This document shows, piece by piece, positions 9,535 to 18,803 of a stretch of 64,000 nucleotides of DNA. This DNA comes from an uncultured delta proteobacterium (GTDB taxonomy: Bacteria > Bdellovibrionota_C > UBA2361 > OMII01). How positions within the stretch are numbered: position 1 is the stretch's first letter; every line of letters starts with the position of its first letter. Made by a program: the position numbers and the translations under genes. The stretch lies in the NCBI GenBank assembly GCA_903920005.1, contig CAIXKI010000158.1, forward strand, positions 6,134-70,133, read 5' to 3'. Below the pieces are notes generated by a model. It did not search any database and was not told the origin of the DNA. It worked only from the letters and a program-made list of their open reading frames with translations.

Positions 9535-11337
9535 CTACATCGCAACCTTCATCGTTGCCTGAGTACCAGCATACTCCTTCCACATTGTGGCGAATCTGCC
9601 GTTCTCGGTAAGAAGCCCTGCCAACGCTCCTCGTTCCACCACCCGCCCTTTCTCCATAACGATTATCTCGTCAAAGAGGGGCAGGAGATTGAACTTATGC
9701 GTTGTTGCAATCACCACCTCTCGCGAGAAGTGTCGTAACAACGCCTCGTAGATCCTCCTCTCCTTCACGACATCAACACCACTGGTCGATTCGTCAAGAA
9801 GAACGATCTCCGACTCGCCGTCAAAGGCAAAGAAGACTCCGCGAGCAAGAGCAAGACGTTGCTTCTCACCCCCACTCAATGAGACCCCTTTCTCCGCGAT
9901 GTTTGTCTCGAGACCTTTTGGCAATCTAGCCAAAACGTCTGCGAAACCAGCCATCTCAATCGCGGCCATGACCTTCTCCCTGGGTGCCTCAATGCCCATG
10001 GTAACGTTCTTCAGGATCGTGTCGGCAAAAACCTCCGGATCTTGAGGAACGAGTGTCGTTCCATGAGCCACGGCGATAAGCCCAGACTCGATTACAGCGC
10101 CATCACACACTACGGACCCAACCGTAGCCGGATTGAGCCCTCGAAGTAGCGAAAGAAGGGTAGACTTGCCGCTACCACTACTTCCAACCACCGCGTAGCT
10201 TCTTCCGCGACGAATGGTCAGATCGACTCCAAAGACACCCGCAGCCTGGTCAGAGTCACCGGCGTGACTAAAGGTTATTCCTGTTAGTTGAAGCTCGCTC
10301 CAACCAGCGGGAAGATTTTCCGAATACGTGCGCCCAACGAGCTCATCGTAATCACCCTCAATCTTCTCGACGGCCCGAAGTCTTGTAGCCTTAACCACGA
10401 GGTCTCCCCATCGCCACGTAAGCTCAAAAAACGAGTTACCTATTGAGGTCAGATACTCGTTAAGGGCAAACAAGATACCAAGCTCTATCTTCTTACCTGA
10501 CCGCATCGTGCCATACACGAAAGCAAATAGGGTAAGCGCCCGAGCAACATCCACGAGAAAGTTCGCTGTGAACCACTTCGCCTCCTGAAGGACACTCACT
10601 CTCTCGGTGATTGGCCTCAATCTCTGCTGTTGGCTCGCAACCTCCTCAACCACTCGGTCCTCGAGCCTTAGGCTGACAACCGTTCGGATGTTTGTAAGGT
10701 AATCCTGAACCTTGGACGCTACCTTATTAAGCACCTTGTTTCCCTCTTCGTAGAGCGGAACAAGGTGCCGGTCAAAGACCATAACAACAACCACGACCAA
10801 CCCCGCGTTCACGACGATGATCGCTCCTGCTTTAGGCATAAAAACAGACATCATCACGACCGCACCAATAAACCGCGCGAAGATCTGAAGAACCAAGGTT
10901 GCCGTGTCCGTAAAGTCAGCGAGCGCTGACGCGGCTCTCGAAACCTGGTCTATCGTTTCACCGCTGTGGTGACCTTGATGCCAACTCAGTGGTAGACGGG
11001 TCGTTTTTGCAAGAAGGTCTAACTGGATATTCCTTCTCACCGTAAACGCCGAGATCATCTCCGTGACCCTTCCGGGCCCATGAAATAGCCATCCAACGAT
11101 TCCCAAACCAACGGTGAGCACAAGCAACATCGCGCACCTAGAAACATCGCCCGATTCAGCCGCATCCTGCGCGGCCTGAATAAACCTAGCCAAAACAAGA
11201 GGGATGGACAGCCAAGCGGCCATCGCCCCCACCGACATCACCATTGAGGCGAGGATCGCTGTTCTTCTACCCTTACCGAATGCCCACATACGACCAGCAA
11301 GGTAGCAGATGGGATTTGTTTTCAACTTCTCAAACAT
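9535..11337 (-). CDS. ABC exporter with fused transmembrane and ATP-binding domains (type I exporter, PglK/MsbA-like; possible lipid-linked glycan flippase)
   Basis: N-terminal 6-TM domain, then Walker A GSSGSGKST, signature LSGGEKQRLALAR and Walker B VLLDESTSGVD. Confidence 0.85.
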   Translation of the reverse strand: MFEKLKTNPICYLAGRMWAFGKGRRTAILASMVMSVGAMAAWLSIPLVLARFIQAAQDAAESGDVSRCAMLLVLTVGLGIVGWLFHGPGRVTEMISAFTVRRNIQLDLLAKTTRLPLSWHQGHHSGETIDQVSRAASALADFTDTATLVLQIFARFIGAVVMMSVFMPKAGAIIVVNAGLVVVVVMVFDRHLVPLYEEGNKVLNKVASKVQDYLTNIRTVVSLRLEDRVVEEVASQQQRLRPITERVSVLQEAKWFTANFLVDVARALTLFAFVYGTMRSGKKIELGILFALNEYLTSIGNSFFELTWRWGDLVVKATRLRAVEKIEGDYDELVGRTYSENLPAGWSELQLTGITFSHAGDSDQAAGVFGVDLTIRRGRSYAVVGSSGSGKSTLLSLLRGLNPATVGSVVCDGAVIESGLIAVAHGTTLVPQDPEVFADTILKNVTMGIEAPREKVMAAIEMAGFADVLARLPKGLETNIAEKGVSLSGGEKQRLALARGVFFAFDGESEIVLLDESTSGVDVVKERRIYEALLRHFSREVVIATTHKFNLLPLFDEIIVMEKGRVVERGALAGLLTENGRFATMWKEYAGTQATMKVAM

Positions 11338-11795
11338 TGCAAACCTCCTCTAAAAAGAACCGCGCATGTCAAACCGAAGAAACACGAATACCGTTCCGGC
11401 GACGTACCGGTTTACGGACTCGAATTAACGACCCCCGGCAAATCGGAAATTTGCGTGGGTCATTGCAACGCTGGGGGAGAACTCAAGAAACGTGATGTGC
11501 AACCGTCGAACGACCTGTTCGGGTTATCCACCTTTTTTTGTTTTTCGAAACTTTTCACCAGCTCTAGGACAGGCTGGCGTCTTCAAGGCCAACCTACCGA
11601 TTCTGAGATCGTCGCACGCCAAGCTGTAATCGCCCGTCCTGCGCTTCTCTGATGTATGTTGCCTTAAAGTTACTCATGCATAGCACCTCTACGATGTATG
11701 CCTTTACGTTAAAGCAAGGAGATTCCTTAGTCAAAAACAAACCGGTGCTAGGATTCAGAAAAGATTGCACGTCGTCCTCTCATGGTATCTACGAC

Positions 11796-13271
11796 CTATC
11801 TTCCAAATCGGGCGATAAGCTGCTGCTCAAGCGCTGAAGGAAGTCCTCCAAAAGATCCATTCGACATGACTACGATAAGATCGTTCGTCCCGACTTCTTT
11901 GAGCAGAAACCCCTCAATTGCTTTTGCGTCTTGAAGTGTATGCGCTACCACGCCGGTCTTGGAGATCTCCGTGGCGAGCGAGCCCACATCCATCAACTCT
12001 TGGTTCGCGTCGATCGAGCGTGACTCGACATTACACAACACCGCATAATCAGCGCTCTGAAACGCATTGACGTATGCTTCTTGGAACACTTTACGACGAC
12101 TCGTATTCGACCGAGGCTCAAACACACCCCAAATCTTTTTCGACGGAAAGGCCTCTCGAAGTCCACTCAACGTCTCGTGTACGGCTGTCGGGTGGTGGGC
12201 GAAATCTTCGATGAGGGTGACGCCTCCCTTATCGAATCGCACTTCCTGCCTCCGCTTCACGGATTTAAAGGAAGCCACGGCGAGGACAGCGTCTTCGCGG
12301 GAGAACCCCGCCCGAAGCATGATAAGAAGTGTCACGAGAGCGTTCTTAGCGTTGTATACCCCGGACTGAGGTAGCGAGAATTCAAGTGTGCCGATCTCTT
12401 TGCCGACCACCGTAACAAACTGGGTAAGCCCCTCCTGCCGACGAGACTTTATATAAACATCAGCTTCTGTGGTGCACCCAAAGGTAATTATCGGGGCTTT
12501 GATTGAATCACGCATCTCCTCTACAAGGGTTTGGACGTGAACGTAATCGACGCAACAGAGCGCGACACCTGAGGCGGGGAGCCCGTGTAAGAGCTCACGA
12601 AACTCCTTAACGATACTCTCTACGTTCGGATAGATATCAGCATGGTCGTATTCAATGGCGTTAATAACGCAGGTATCGGGCTTGTAAAATGAGAACTTCG
12701 GCACCTTTGCGAAGAAGGCGCTATCGTACTCATCACCCTCAACGACGCTCCACTTGCCCTCGCCTCTGTGGAGGCTCATCGGTAAGTCCTGCGCGATTCC
12801 TCCGACGAAGTAACTCGGGTCCGCGCCAAGTTTTAAAAAAGCTGAGGCGATCATCGCCGTTGTTGTTGATTTTCCGTGCGTACCCGTAACTACAATAGAG
12901 TGTTTTCCAGAGATTATTAATTCGTGAAGCACCTGCGGAAAACATGTGTATGAAAGCTGCCGCTGCTCAACGGCGAGAACCTCAACATTCTCGTAACTAA
13001 CCGCGTTTCCGATAATTACGAGGTCTACCACGGGTGGTATATTCTCAGCGCTGTAGCCTTTAAAAAGCGTCACCGAGGAGTTCCTTAAATAGCTCCCCAT
13101 CGGTTCGTAGAAATCTTTATCACTCCCGGAAACGAGATAGCCCTGTTTCGAGAGCTCCACCGCAAGCTGAGCCATCGCCACACCAGCTACACCGATCACG
13201 TGAATACGTCCGCCTTTGGGAACCGACCTAAGCGATACGGCGTTAGAGATTGAGAAGTCACTTTTTACCAT
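11796..13271 (-). CDS. mpl: Mur ligase family protein, Mpl-like (UDP-N-acetylmuramate:L-Ala-gamma-D-Glu-meso-DAP ligase) or MurC
   Basis: Has IHVIGVAGVAMAQLA (Mur ligase N-domain), TGTHGKSTTT (P-loop) and EGDEYDSAFFAKVPKFSFYKPD, which matches the Mpl-type motif. Confidence 0.6.
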   Translation of the reverse strand: MVKSDFSISNAVSLRSVPKGGRIHVIGVAGVAMAQLAVELSKQGYLVSGSDKDFYEPMGSYLRNSSVTLFKGYSAENIPPVVDLVIIGNAVSYENVEVLAVEQRQLSYTCFPQVLHELIISGKHSIVVTGTHGKSTTTAMIASAFLKLGADPSYFVGGIAQDLPMSLHRGEGKWSVVEGDEYDSAFFAKVPKFSFYKPDTCVINAIEYDHADIYPNVESIVKEFRELLHGLPASGVALCCVDYVHVQTLVEEMRDSIKAPIITFGCTTEADVYIKSRRQEGLTQFVTVVGKEIGTLEFSLPQSGVYNAKNALVTLLIMLRAGFSREDAVLAVASFKSVKRRQEVRFDKGGVTLIEDFAHHPTAVHETLSGLREAFPSKKIWGVFEPRSNTSRRKVFQEAYVNAFQSADYAVLCNVESRSIDANQELMDVGSLATEISKTGVVAHTLQDAKAIEGFLLKEVGTNDLIVVMSNGSFGGLPSALEQQLIARFGR

Positions 13272-13318
13272 AGCTATCTCGACACACGTCCAACTTGGCT
13301 GTCGGCCCTATATGTATG

Positions 13319-14833
13319 CTACTGAAGCACCTTAAGGAGCTTCTTCTTCCACTCACGCGGCCCAACTTCGTGAACGGAGACGCCGTGCGCATCAACCGCC
13401 ACCGTCACGGGCATATCCTTGACCTCGAACTCGTAGATGGCTTCCATGCCAAGATCCGCAAAGGCGACAACGCGGGAACCTGTTATCGCCTTCGATACAA
13501 GGTACGCCGCTCCACCGACGGCCATGAGGTACACGGCTTTGTATTTCTTGATTAGCTCAACTGTCTCGGGCCCTCGCTCTGCTTTGCCGATCATACCGAG
13601 CAGGCCCGTCTTAGAGAGCATGAGCTCCGTATATTTATCCATCCGCGTGGCGGTCGTAGGACCAGCGGGCCCTACAACTTCTGCGCCTACAGGATCTACA
13701 GGACCAACGTAGTAGATAAATCGATTATTAAAGTCGACTCCTTCAGGCAGCTTCTCACCCTTAGTAAGAATATCCGAGATACGTTTATGGGCGGCGTCTC
13801 TTCCCGTCAGTATTTTGCCCGACAGAAGCACCGTCTCTCCTGGCTTAAGCATTGAGATCTCCTCACGAGTAACTTTTGAGAGATCAAGTCGACGAGCTCC
13901 ACTTGAGATGTCGTACGCTATCGATGGCCACTCACTCAGCGCTGGCGGCGTCAGCTTTGCGGGTCCGGAACCATCAAGCTCGAAATGAATGTGCCGGGTA
14001 GCAGCACAATTCGGGATCATCGCTACCGGAAGAGATGCCGCGTGCGTTGGATACTCAAGCACCTTCACATCAAGCACGGTGGCAAGCCCACCCAAACCCT
14101 GAGCGCCGATTCCGAGCTGGTTTACCTTTTCAAATATCTCAAGGCGCAACTCCTCCGCGCGGGTCTTTGCCCCGCGAGCTTTCAATTCATGAATATCAAC
14201 TGGAGCCATCAGCGATTCTTTCGCGAGAACCATCGCTTTTTCGGCGGATCCACCGATGCCGATCCCTAATACTCCAGGTGGGCACCATCCAGCCCCCATG
14301 TGCGGCACGGTCTCAAGCACCCACTCCACGATGTCGTCATTCGGGTTGAGCATCTCAAGCTTCGCTTTATTTTCTGACCCTCCACCTTTTGCGGCCACAG
14401 AAACTTCAATCGTATCTCCCGCGACAAACTCTACATGCAAAATGCCCGGTGTATTATCGCGCGTGTTTTTTCTCTTTCCAGCGGGGTCACTTACGATTGA
14501 AGCACGTAGAGGATTGGTCTGATTCTGATAGGCCCTCCGAATCCCTTCATCAAACAGCTCTTGAAGGGGTCTCTTTGAATCGATTCGAGCCTCCGCCCCT
14601 ATCTTAACAAACCCAACTACGATTCCAGTATCTTGGCAGAGTGGCCGGTGTCCTTCAGCCGACATACGGGAGTTTATAAGGATCTGAGCGATCGCGTCTT
14701 TAGCGCTCTTTGAAGGCTCGGCGAGGTACGCCCTATGCATCGCCTGAATGAAATCGAGAGGATGGTAGTACGAGATAAATTGCAGTGCGTCAGCAACGCT
14801 AGAGATAAAGTCTTCTTCTTTGATGAGATTCAT
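13319..14833 (-). CDS. fumA: Class I (Fe-S dependent) fumarate hydratase, single-chain alpha+beta form
   Basis: About 504 aa. N-terminal catalytic alpha region (CQDTGIVVGFVKIG) and C-terminal beta region match L-tartrate/fumarate hydro-lyases. Confidence 0.8.
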   Translation of the reverse strand: MNLIKEEDFISSVADALQFISYYHPLDFIQAMHRAYLAEPSKSAKDAIAQILINSRMSAEGHRPLCQDTGIVVGFVKIGAEARIDSKRPLQELFDEGIRRAYQNQTNPLRASIVSDPAGKRKNTRDNTPGILHVEFVAGDTIEVSVAAKGGGSENKAKLEMLNPNDDIVEWVLETVPHMGAGWCPPGVLGIGIGGSAEKAMVLAKESLMAPVDIHELKARGAKTRAEELRLEIFEKVNQLGIGAQGLGGLATVLDVKVLEYPTHAASLPVAMIPNCAATRHIHFELDGSGPAKLTPPALSEWPSIAYDISSGARRLDLSKVTREEISMLKPGETVLLSGKILTGRDAAHKRISDILTKGEKLPEGVDFNNRFIYYVGPVDPVGAEVVGPAGPTTATRMDKYTELMLSKTGLLGMIGKAERGPETVELIKKYKAVYLMAVGGAAYLVSKAITGSRVVAFADLGMEAIYEFEVKDMPVTVAVDAHGVSVHEVGPREWKKKLLKVLQ

Positions 14834-15504
14834 AAAGGTCCTTGCTGGGAGCGCGCCCTGAAGAGGGCATATTCGCTAACGTGCATGTACGCTCACAGTA
14901 TATCCTAGGGTTGAGCTTCGCCGCACCACTTCATAGCCCTATCTCTGGGTGAATAAATCGGACTAATCGTCCCCTAGCATCTATCATGAGTTACTCCGGA
15001 TGTTGGCGAGAGATGATGTTACTCTTGGAGCGTACATGCGATTCTTCCACTCTATACATGTGCGCCTGTCTTCGAAGACTCAGTCGCTCTGAACATCGAG
15101 ATCGCCCCTCAATAAAAGGTATTGTTTTCAGCATATTAGCCGCCCCTTCGGGCGCAATCTTCTCGTTCATACGCAAGAACACACCGAGGAACGGCCACAG
15201 GTCGCAAGACTTCGAGAGAGCGTCCGTTTGTAAGTTGTCGGAGCTCGAAGGCGCCTAGAAGAGTGGCACCCTAACCGGACTCTGGAAATATTCCAATGCG
15301 TCCCTTCGGCGAGTGTCCTACGCCGCGTTCTTTCTATCTTTTTACAGTGATTTTTCCCTTCTCAACCTTGATGTCACAAAACTCTTATCAGGCTGCGCGG
15401 CGAAACCTTGTCAAAGCGCTCTGTGCGAGCGAGGCTGAGATCGCTCATTGACCCTGAGCGAAGTTATCTTTGCCTCACTATCCTCCCTACGCTATCTTCG
15501 CCCC

Positions 15505-15999
15505 ATGAACACCCTCATCGGAATCGTCTCTGATACCCACGAAGATGTGCGAATGATCACGAAGGCCGTGGCGCTCTTTAAAGCCCGCGCTCCTGCCATG
15601 GTTATTCACTGCGGCGACATCATCTCTCCCCCTGTTCTGGAACGCTTTACAGGCCTCCCGCTTCGTCTCGTATTCGGCAATAACGATGGTGAGCGATCGG
15701 GCCTCAAAAAGAAGTGCCGCGAGCTCGGCTTTGCGGAGATAGACGACACTTTAACGTTTGAGTTTGCGGGAAAGAAATTCTTTGTAAACCACGGAACGAG
15801 CGCAAGGGTCGTCGAAGAAGCGGCGGCCTCCCAAGAGTATGATTACGTGCTGCACGGCCACACCCACGAGATGAGAAACGAAAGTGTTGGCCGAACGCGA
15901 ATTATCAACCCCGGAGCTCTGTTCTCAGCGGAAAGTTATTCGATAGCGTTCCTTGCCCCTGAAACCGGCGAGGTCGAGTTTGTGGAGATCCCCGGGTAG
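15505..15999 (+). CDS. YfcE/MJ0936-family metallophosphoesterase (start probably MNTLIGIVSDTHED)
   Basis: Has GIVSDTHE, HCGDII, GNND and HGHTH motifs of the calcineurin-like phosphoesterase MJ0936 family. Confidence 0.75.
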   Translation: MNTLIGIVSDTHEDVRMITKAVALFKARAPAMVIHCGDIISPPVLERFTGLPLRLVFGNNDGERSGLKKKCRELGFAEIDDTLTFEFAGKKFFVNHGTSARVVEEAAASQEYDYVLHGHTHEMRNESVGRTRIINPGALFSAESYSIAFLAPETGEVEFVEIPG

Positions 16000-16000
16000 A

Positions 16001-16041
16001 AACGCAAATCGGCGGTAGATCCTTCGCTGGACCTACCGCCG
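16001..16041 (-). terminator. Convergent-gene hairpin (9-bp stem CGGCGGTAG/CTACCGCCG) after the cox operon
   Basis: Perfect 9-bp inverted repeat between the yfcE-like stop (15999) and the subunit IV stop (16072). The minus strand is T-rich after the stem (ATTTGCGTTTCT). Confidence 0.35.
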
Positions 16042-16071
16042 ACAGAGAGACTCCGCTCTCCTTGTGACCTA

Positions 16072-16455
16072 TTAGTGGTGTGCGCTCTTTACTGCCTGCG
16101 GAGCAGCAACCTTCGCCTGCTCAGCGCCGAACGGTAGCGGACGATCACGGAAGGGATCGTCCGTGAAGATTCCGCCAATCATTATCGCCAGGAGGATGAA
16201 GGGGATAAGGATATAAACCCAAAGGATCTTGTTCTCATACATTCCATGCATGAACACGAGAATAACAAGGGTCGCCTTTACGGACGCGATAACAAGCGCT
16301 CCGACGATGTTCCACTTGCCCAAATCAACCTGAGCAGCGGCTACCGTGATTACCGTCAACACGAGGAGCGCTACGAGGATCTTAGCGAAAGTCTTTTCGG
16401 AGACGACGTGCCCAACTTCATCGTGACCGTGCGAATGAGAGTGTGAATGTGACAT
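16072..16455 (-). CDS. Cytochrome c oxidase subunit IV (caa3-type CtaF/CoxD-like) with N-terminal HSHSHSHSHGH tail
   Basis: 127-aa protein with three TM helices immediately downstream of ctaE. The His-Ser repeat at the N-terminus is unusual. Confidence 0.6.
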   Translation of the reverse strand: MSHSHSHSHGHDEVGHVVSEKTFAKILVALLVLTVITVAAAQVDLGKWNIVGALVIASVKATLVILVFMHGMYENKILWVYILIPFILLAIMIGGIFTDDPFRDRPLPFGAEQAKVAAPQAVKSAHH

Positions 16456-16472
16456 GACCTAAAGCTCCGAAA

Positions 16473-17129
16473 CTATCCAACCAGATAAAGAAGTGGGAAG
16501 AGGTAGATCCAGATGAGATCCACCAAGTGCCAATAAAGCGCTCCAAGCTCAACCGGAGTAAAATACTTTCCGGAGAAGCGGTTGTTCATAGCCGGACGAA
16601 TTCCGTACCAGTACATCACGAACATCCCGATGATGACGTGAAGGGCATGGAGTGCGGTCATGCAGAAGTAAAGACCGAGGAAGTTCTTGTACTCGTAGAA
16701 GTTAGAGTTCCACACGAAAGGGAACATGCCGTGGTGAGCCTTATCCGTGTACTCAGCCGTCTTCACTACAAGGAACAAAAGGCCACAGATCAGACTGATG
16801 CCAAAGTTTCTTACAACACCCTTATTGTCTCCCTTCTGAGCTTTGGTCACCGCAACGGCAGCCGTGTAGCTTGAAAAAAGAAGTATCACCGTGTTGAGAG
16901 CTCCAGCCTTTACATTAAGGTGATGGCTCGCCGCATGAAACTCCGCGAGGTGGTAGTAACGCATGACAGCAAAGCTACAAAACATCACCGCAAAGAGCAG
17001 TATTTCGGTTGCGAGGAACAACCACATGCCGAGCTTGGCTGCTCCGTACGCCGTGACGCTATCCATGTGGTGGATATGTGGCGGCTCTCCTGGCGGCACG
17101 TTGTGATCAACTATCGCTGCGTTACTCAT
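16473..17129 (-). CDS. ctaE: Cytochrome c oxidase subunit III
   Basis: 218-aa polytopic protein with subunit III-like helices, directly after ctaD. Confidence 0.8.
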   Translation of the reverse strand: MSNAAIVDHNVPPGEPPHIHHMDSVTAYGAAKLGMWLFLATEILLFAVMFCSFAVMRYYHLAEFHAASHHLNVKAGALNTVILLFSSYTAAVAVTKAQKGDNKGVVRNFGISLICGLLFLVVKTAEYTDKAHHGMFPFVWNSNFYEYKNFLGLYFCMTALHALHVIIGMFVMYWYGIRPAMNNRFSGKYFTPVELGALYWHLVDLIWIYLFPLLYLVG

Positions 17130-17162
17130 AACATCCTTGTCGATTAAACAACCTTTAACTAA

Positions 17163-18791
17163 TTAATGCCCACCGCCAGGGACCGGCGTACCGTAATTGT
17201 ACGGATCCTCTGTCACCACTGGAATCTCATCAAAATTCTCGTGGATAGGTGGCGAAGCAGTCTGCCACTCAAGGCTCTTTGAGTTATACGGATTGCGAGG
17301 CGCCTTGACCTTACCCCAGAGGGCAGTGCCCAAGAGATTCAAGAGCGCGAACGTATAGCCGAAGCCGTTCAGGTACGCACCAATCGTTGAGATCGTGTGA
17401 AGCGTCTGATACTGCGGTGGATAATCGTAGTAACGCCGAGGCATACCATCCATTCCAAGAACGAACTGCGGAATGAAGGTAAGATTGAATCCGATGAAGA
17501 GCGCAGCAAACGCGCACTTCGATACGGTCTCGTTGTACATCTTGCCGGTCATCTTCGGGAACCACATGTGAAGCGCAGCAATCAGACCGATTACCGCTCC
17601 TCCCTGAATGGTGTAGTGGAAGTGCGCAACCACGAAATATGTATCGTGGTAGTACACGTCAACGCCGAGCATCGCGAGGTAGATTCCCGTGGTGCCCGCG
17701 ACCATGAAGAGGAAGACAAACGCCATCGCGTACAACATCGGGGTCTTAAACGAGATGGAGCCCTTGTACATCGTGCTCACCCAGTTAAACACCTTAATAG
17801 CTGTGGGGACCGCCACAAGGAACGTAATGATCGAGAAGAACTTCGCGGAGAAGTCCGAGATTCCCGCTACGAACATATGATGGGCCCAAACGATGAAGCC
17901 TACCGCCGCGATAGCCATCGACGAGAGAACTACAAGCTTGTATCCGAACAGCGGCTTACGAGAGAACACCGGGATAATCTCTCCAACAACTCCGAACGCT
18001 GGTAGTACCATGATGTACACCACCGGGTGAGAGTAGAACCAGAAAAGGTGCTCCATGAGCACGGGATCTCCTCCCTTTGTTGGATCAAAGATTCCGGCGC
18101 CGAAGGTCCGCTCAGCGATAACCAACAGCAGTGTCATTCCCACCACAGGCGTGGCGACTGTTTGAATAACCGCTGTTGCGTAAGAAGCCCAGATGAACAC
18201 CGGTAACCGCATCCAGGTCAGTCCCGGAGCGCGTAGCTGGTGAATCGTCACGATAAAGTTCAATCCAGTAAGGATAGAGGAGAAGCCGAGAATAAACGCG
18301 GCGAAAACCATCGTGCTTACAGACGTATTTGTGGTCGTACTGTATGGAGCATAGAAGGTCCATCCCGTATCAACTGGATCGAGCATCGCATACGCTCCGA
18401 TAAGAGCGCCGAATACGTAAAGGTACCAGCTGAAGAGGTTAAGACGAGGGAACGCTACATCCTTGGCTCCGATCATGAGCGGGATGAGGAAGTTTCCAAG
18501 CGTCGCCGGGATGCCTGGTACCACAAAAAGGAAGATCATGAACACACCGTGCATCGTAAAGAGCACGTTGTACGTATGAGGATCCTTAATAATCGTTGGT
18601 CCCGCGAACATCAACTCCGTTCGCATAAGGAGCGCCGCAATACCTCCTCCAATGAAGAAAATCATGATGGAGAAAAGGTAAAGGAAGCAAATTCGCTTAT
18701 GGTCGGTGGAACTTAACCACGACCAAATACCGGTCTTCCAGTTGAGGTAGTTAACCTCTTCGTTTACTGCTGTTGATGCGTGAGCTGACAT
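17163..18791 (-). CDS. ctaD: Cytochrome c oxidase subunit I (heme-copper oxidase catalytic subunit)
   Basis: 542 aa with HPVVYIMVLPAFG, GMDGMPRRY and WAHHMF motifs of COX1. Confidence 0.9.
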   Translation of the reverse strand: MSAHASTAVNEEVNYLNWKTGIWSWLSSTDHKRICFLYLFSIMIFFIGGGIAALLMRTELMFAGPTIIKDPHTYNVLFTMHGVFMIFLFVVPGIPATLGNFLIPLMIGAKDVAFPRLNLFSWYLYVFGALIGAYAMLDPVDTGWTFYAPYSTTTNTSVSTMVFAAFILGFSSILTGLNFIVTIHQLRAPGLTWMRLPVFIWASYATAVIQTVATPVVGMTLLLVIAERTFGAGIFDPTKGGDPVLMEHLFWFYSHPVVYIMVLPAFGVVGEIIPVFSRKPLFGYKLVVLSSMAIAAVGFIVWAHHMFVAGISDFSAKFFSIITFLVAVPTAIKVFNWVSTMYKGSISFKTPMLYAMAFVFLFMVAGTTGIYLAMLGVDVYYHDTYFVVAHFHYTIQGGAVIGLIAALHMWFPKMTGKMYNETVSKCAFAALFIGFNLTFIPQFVLGMDGMPRRYYDYPPQYQTLHTISTIGAYLNGFGYTFALLNLLGTALWGKVKAPRNPYNSKSLEWQTASPPIHENFDEIPVVTEDPYNYGTPVPGGGH

Positions 18792-18803
18792 ACCTACTAC
18801 CTC

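Noticed and set aside
11338-11795. Possible tRNA or small RNA in the 458-bp spacer between the ABC exporter and mpl-like genes
   Set aside because: No cloverleaf-compatible T-arm (GGTTCGAATCC-like) or acceptor pairing could be found by eye, so it is left unannotated.
17397-18005. 202-aa Arg/His/Glu-rich plus-strand ORF
   Set aside because: Antisense inside ctaD (cox subunit I). The low-complexity composition is typical of a reverse-strand artefact.
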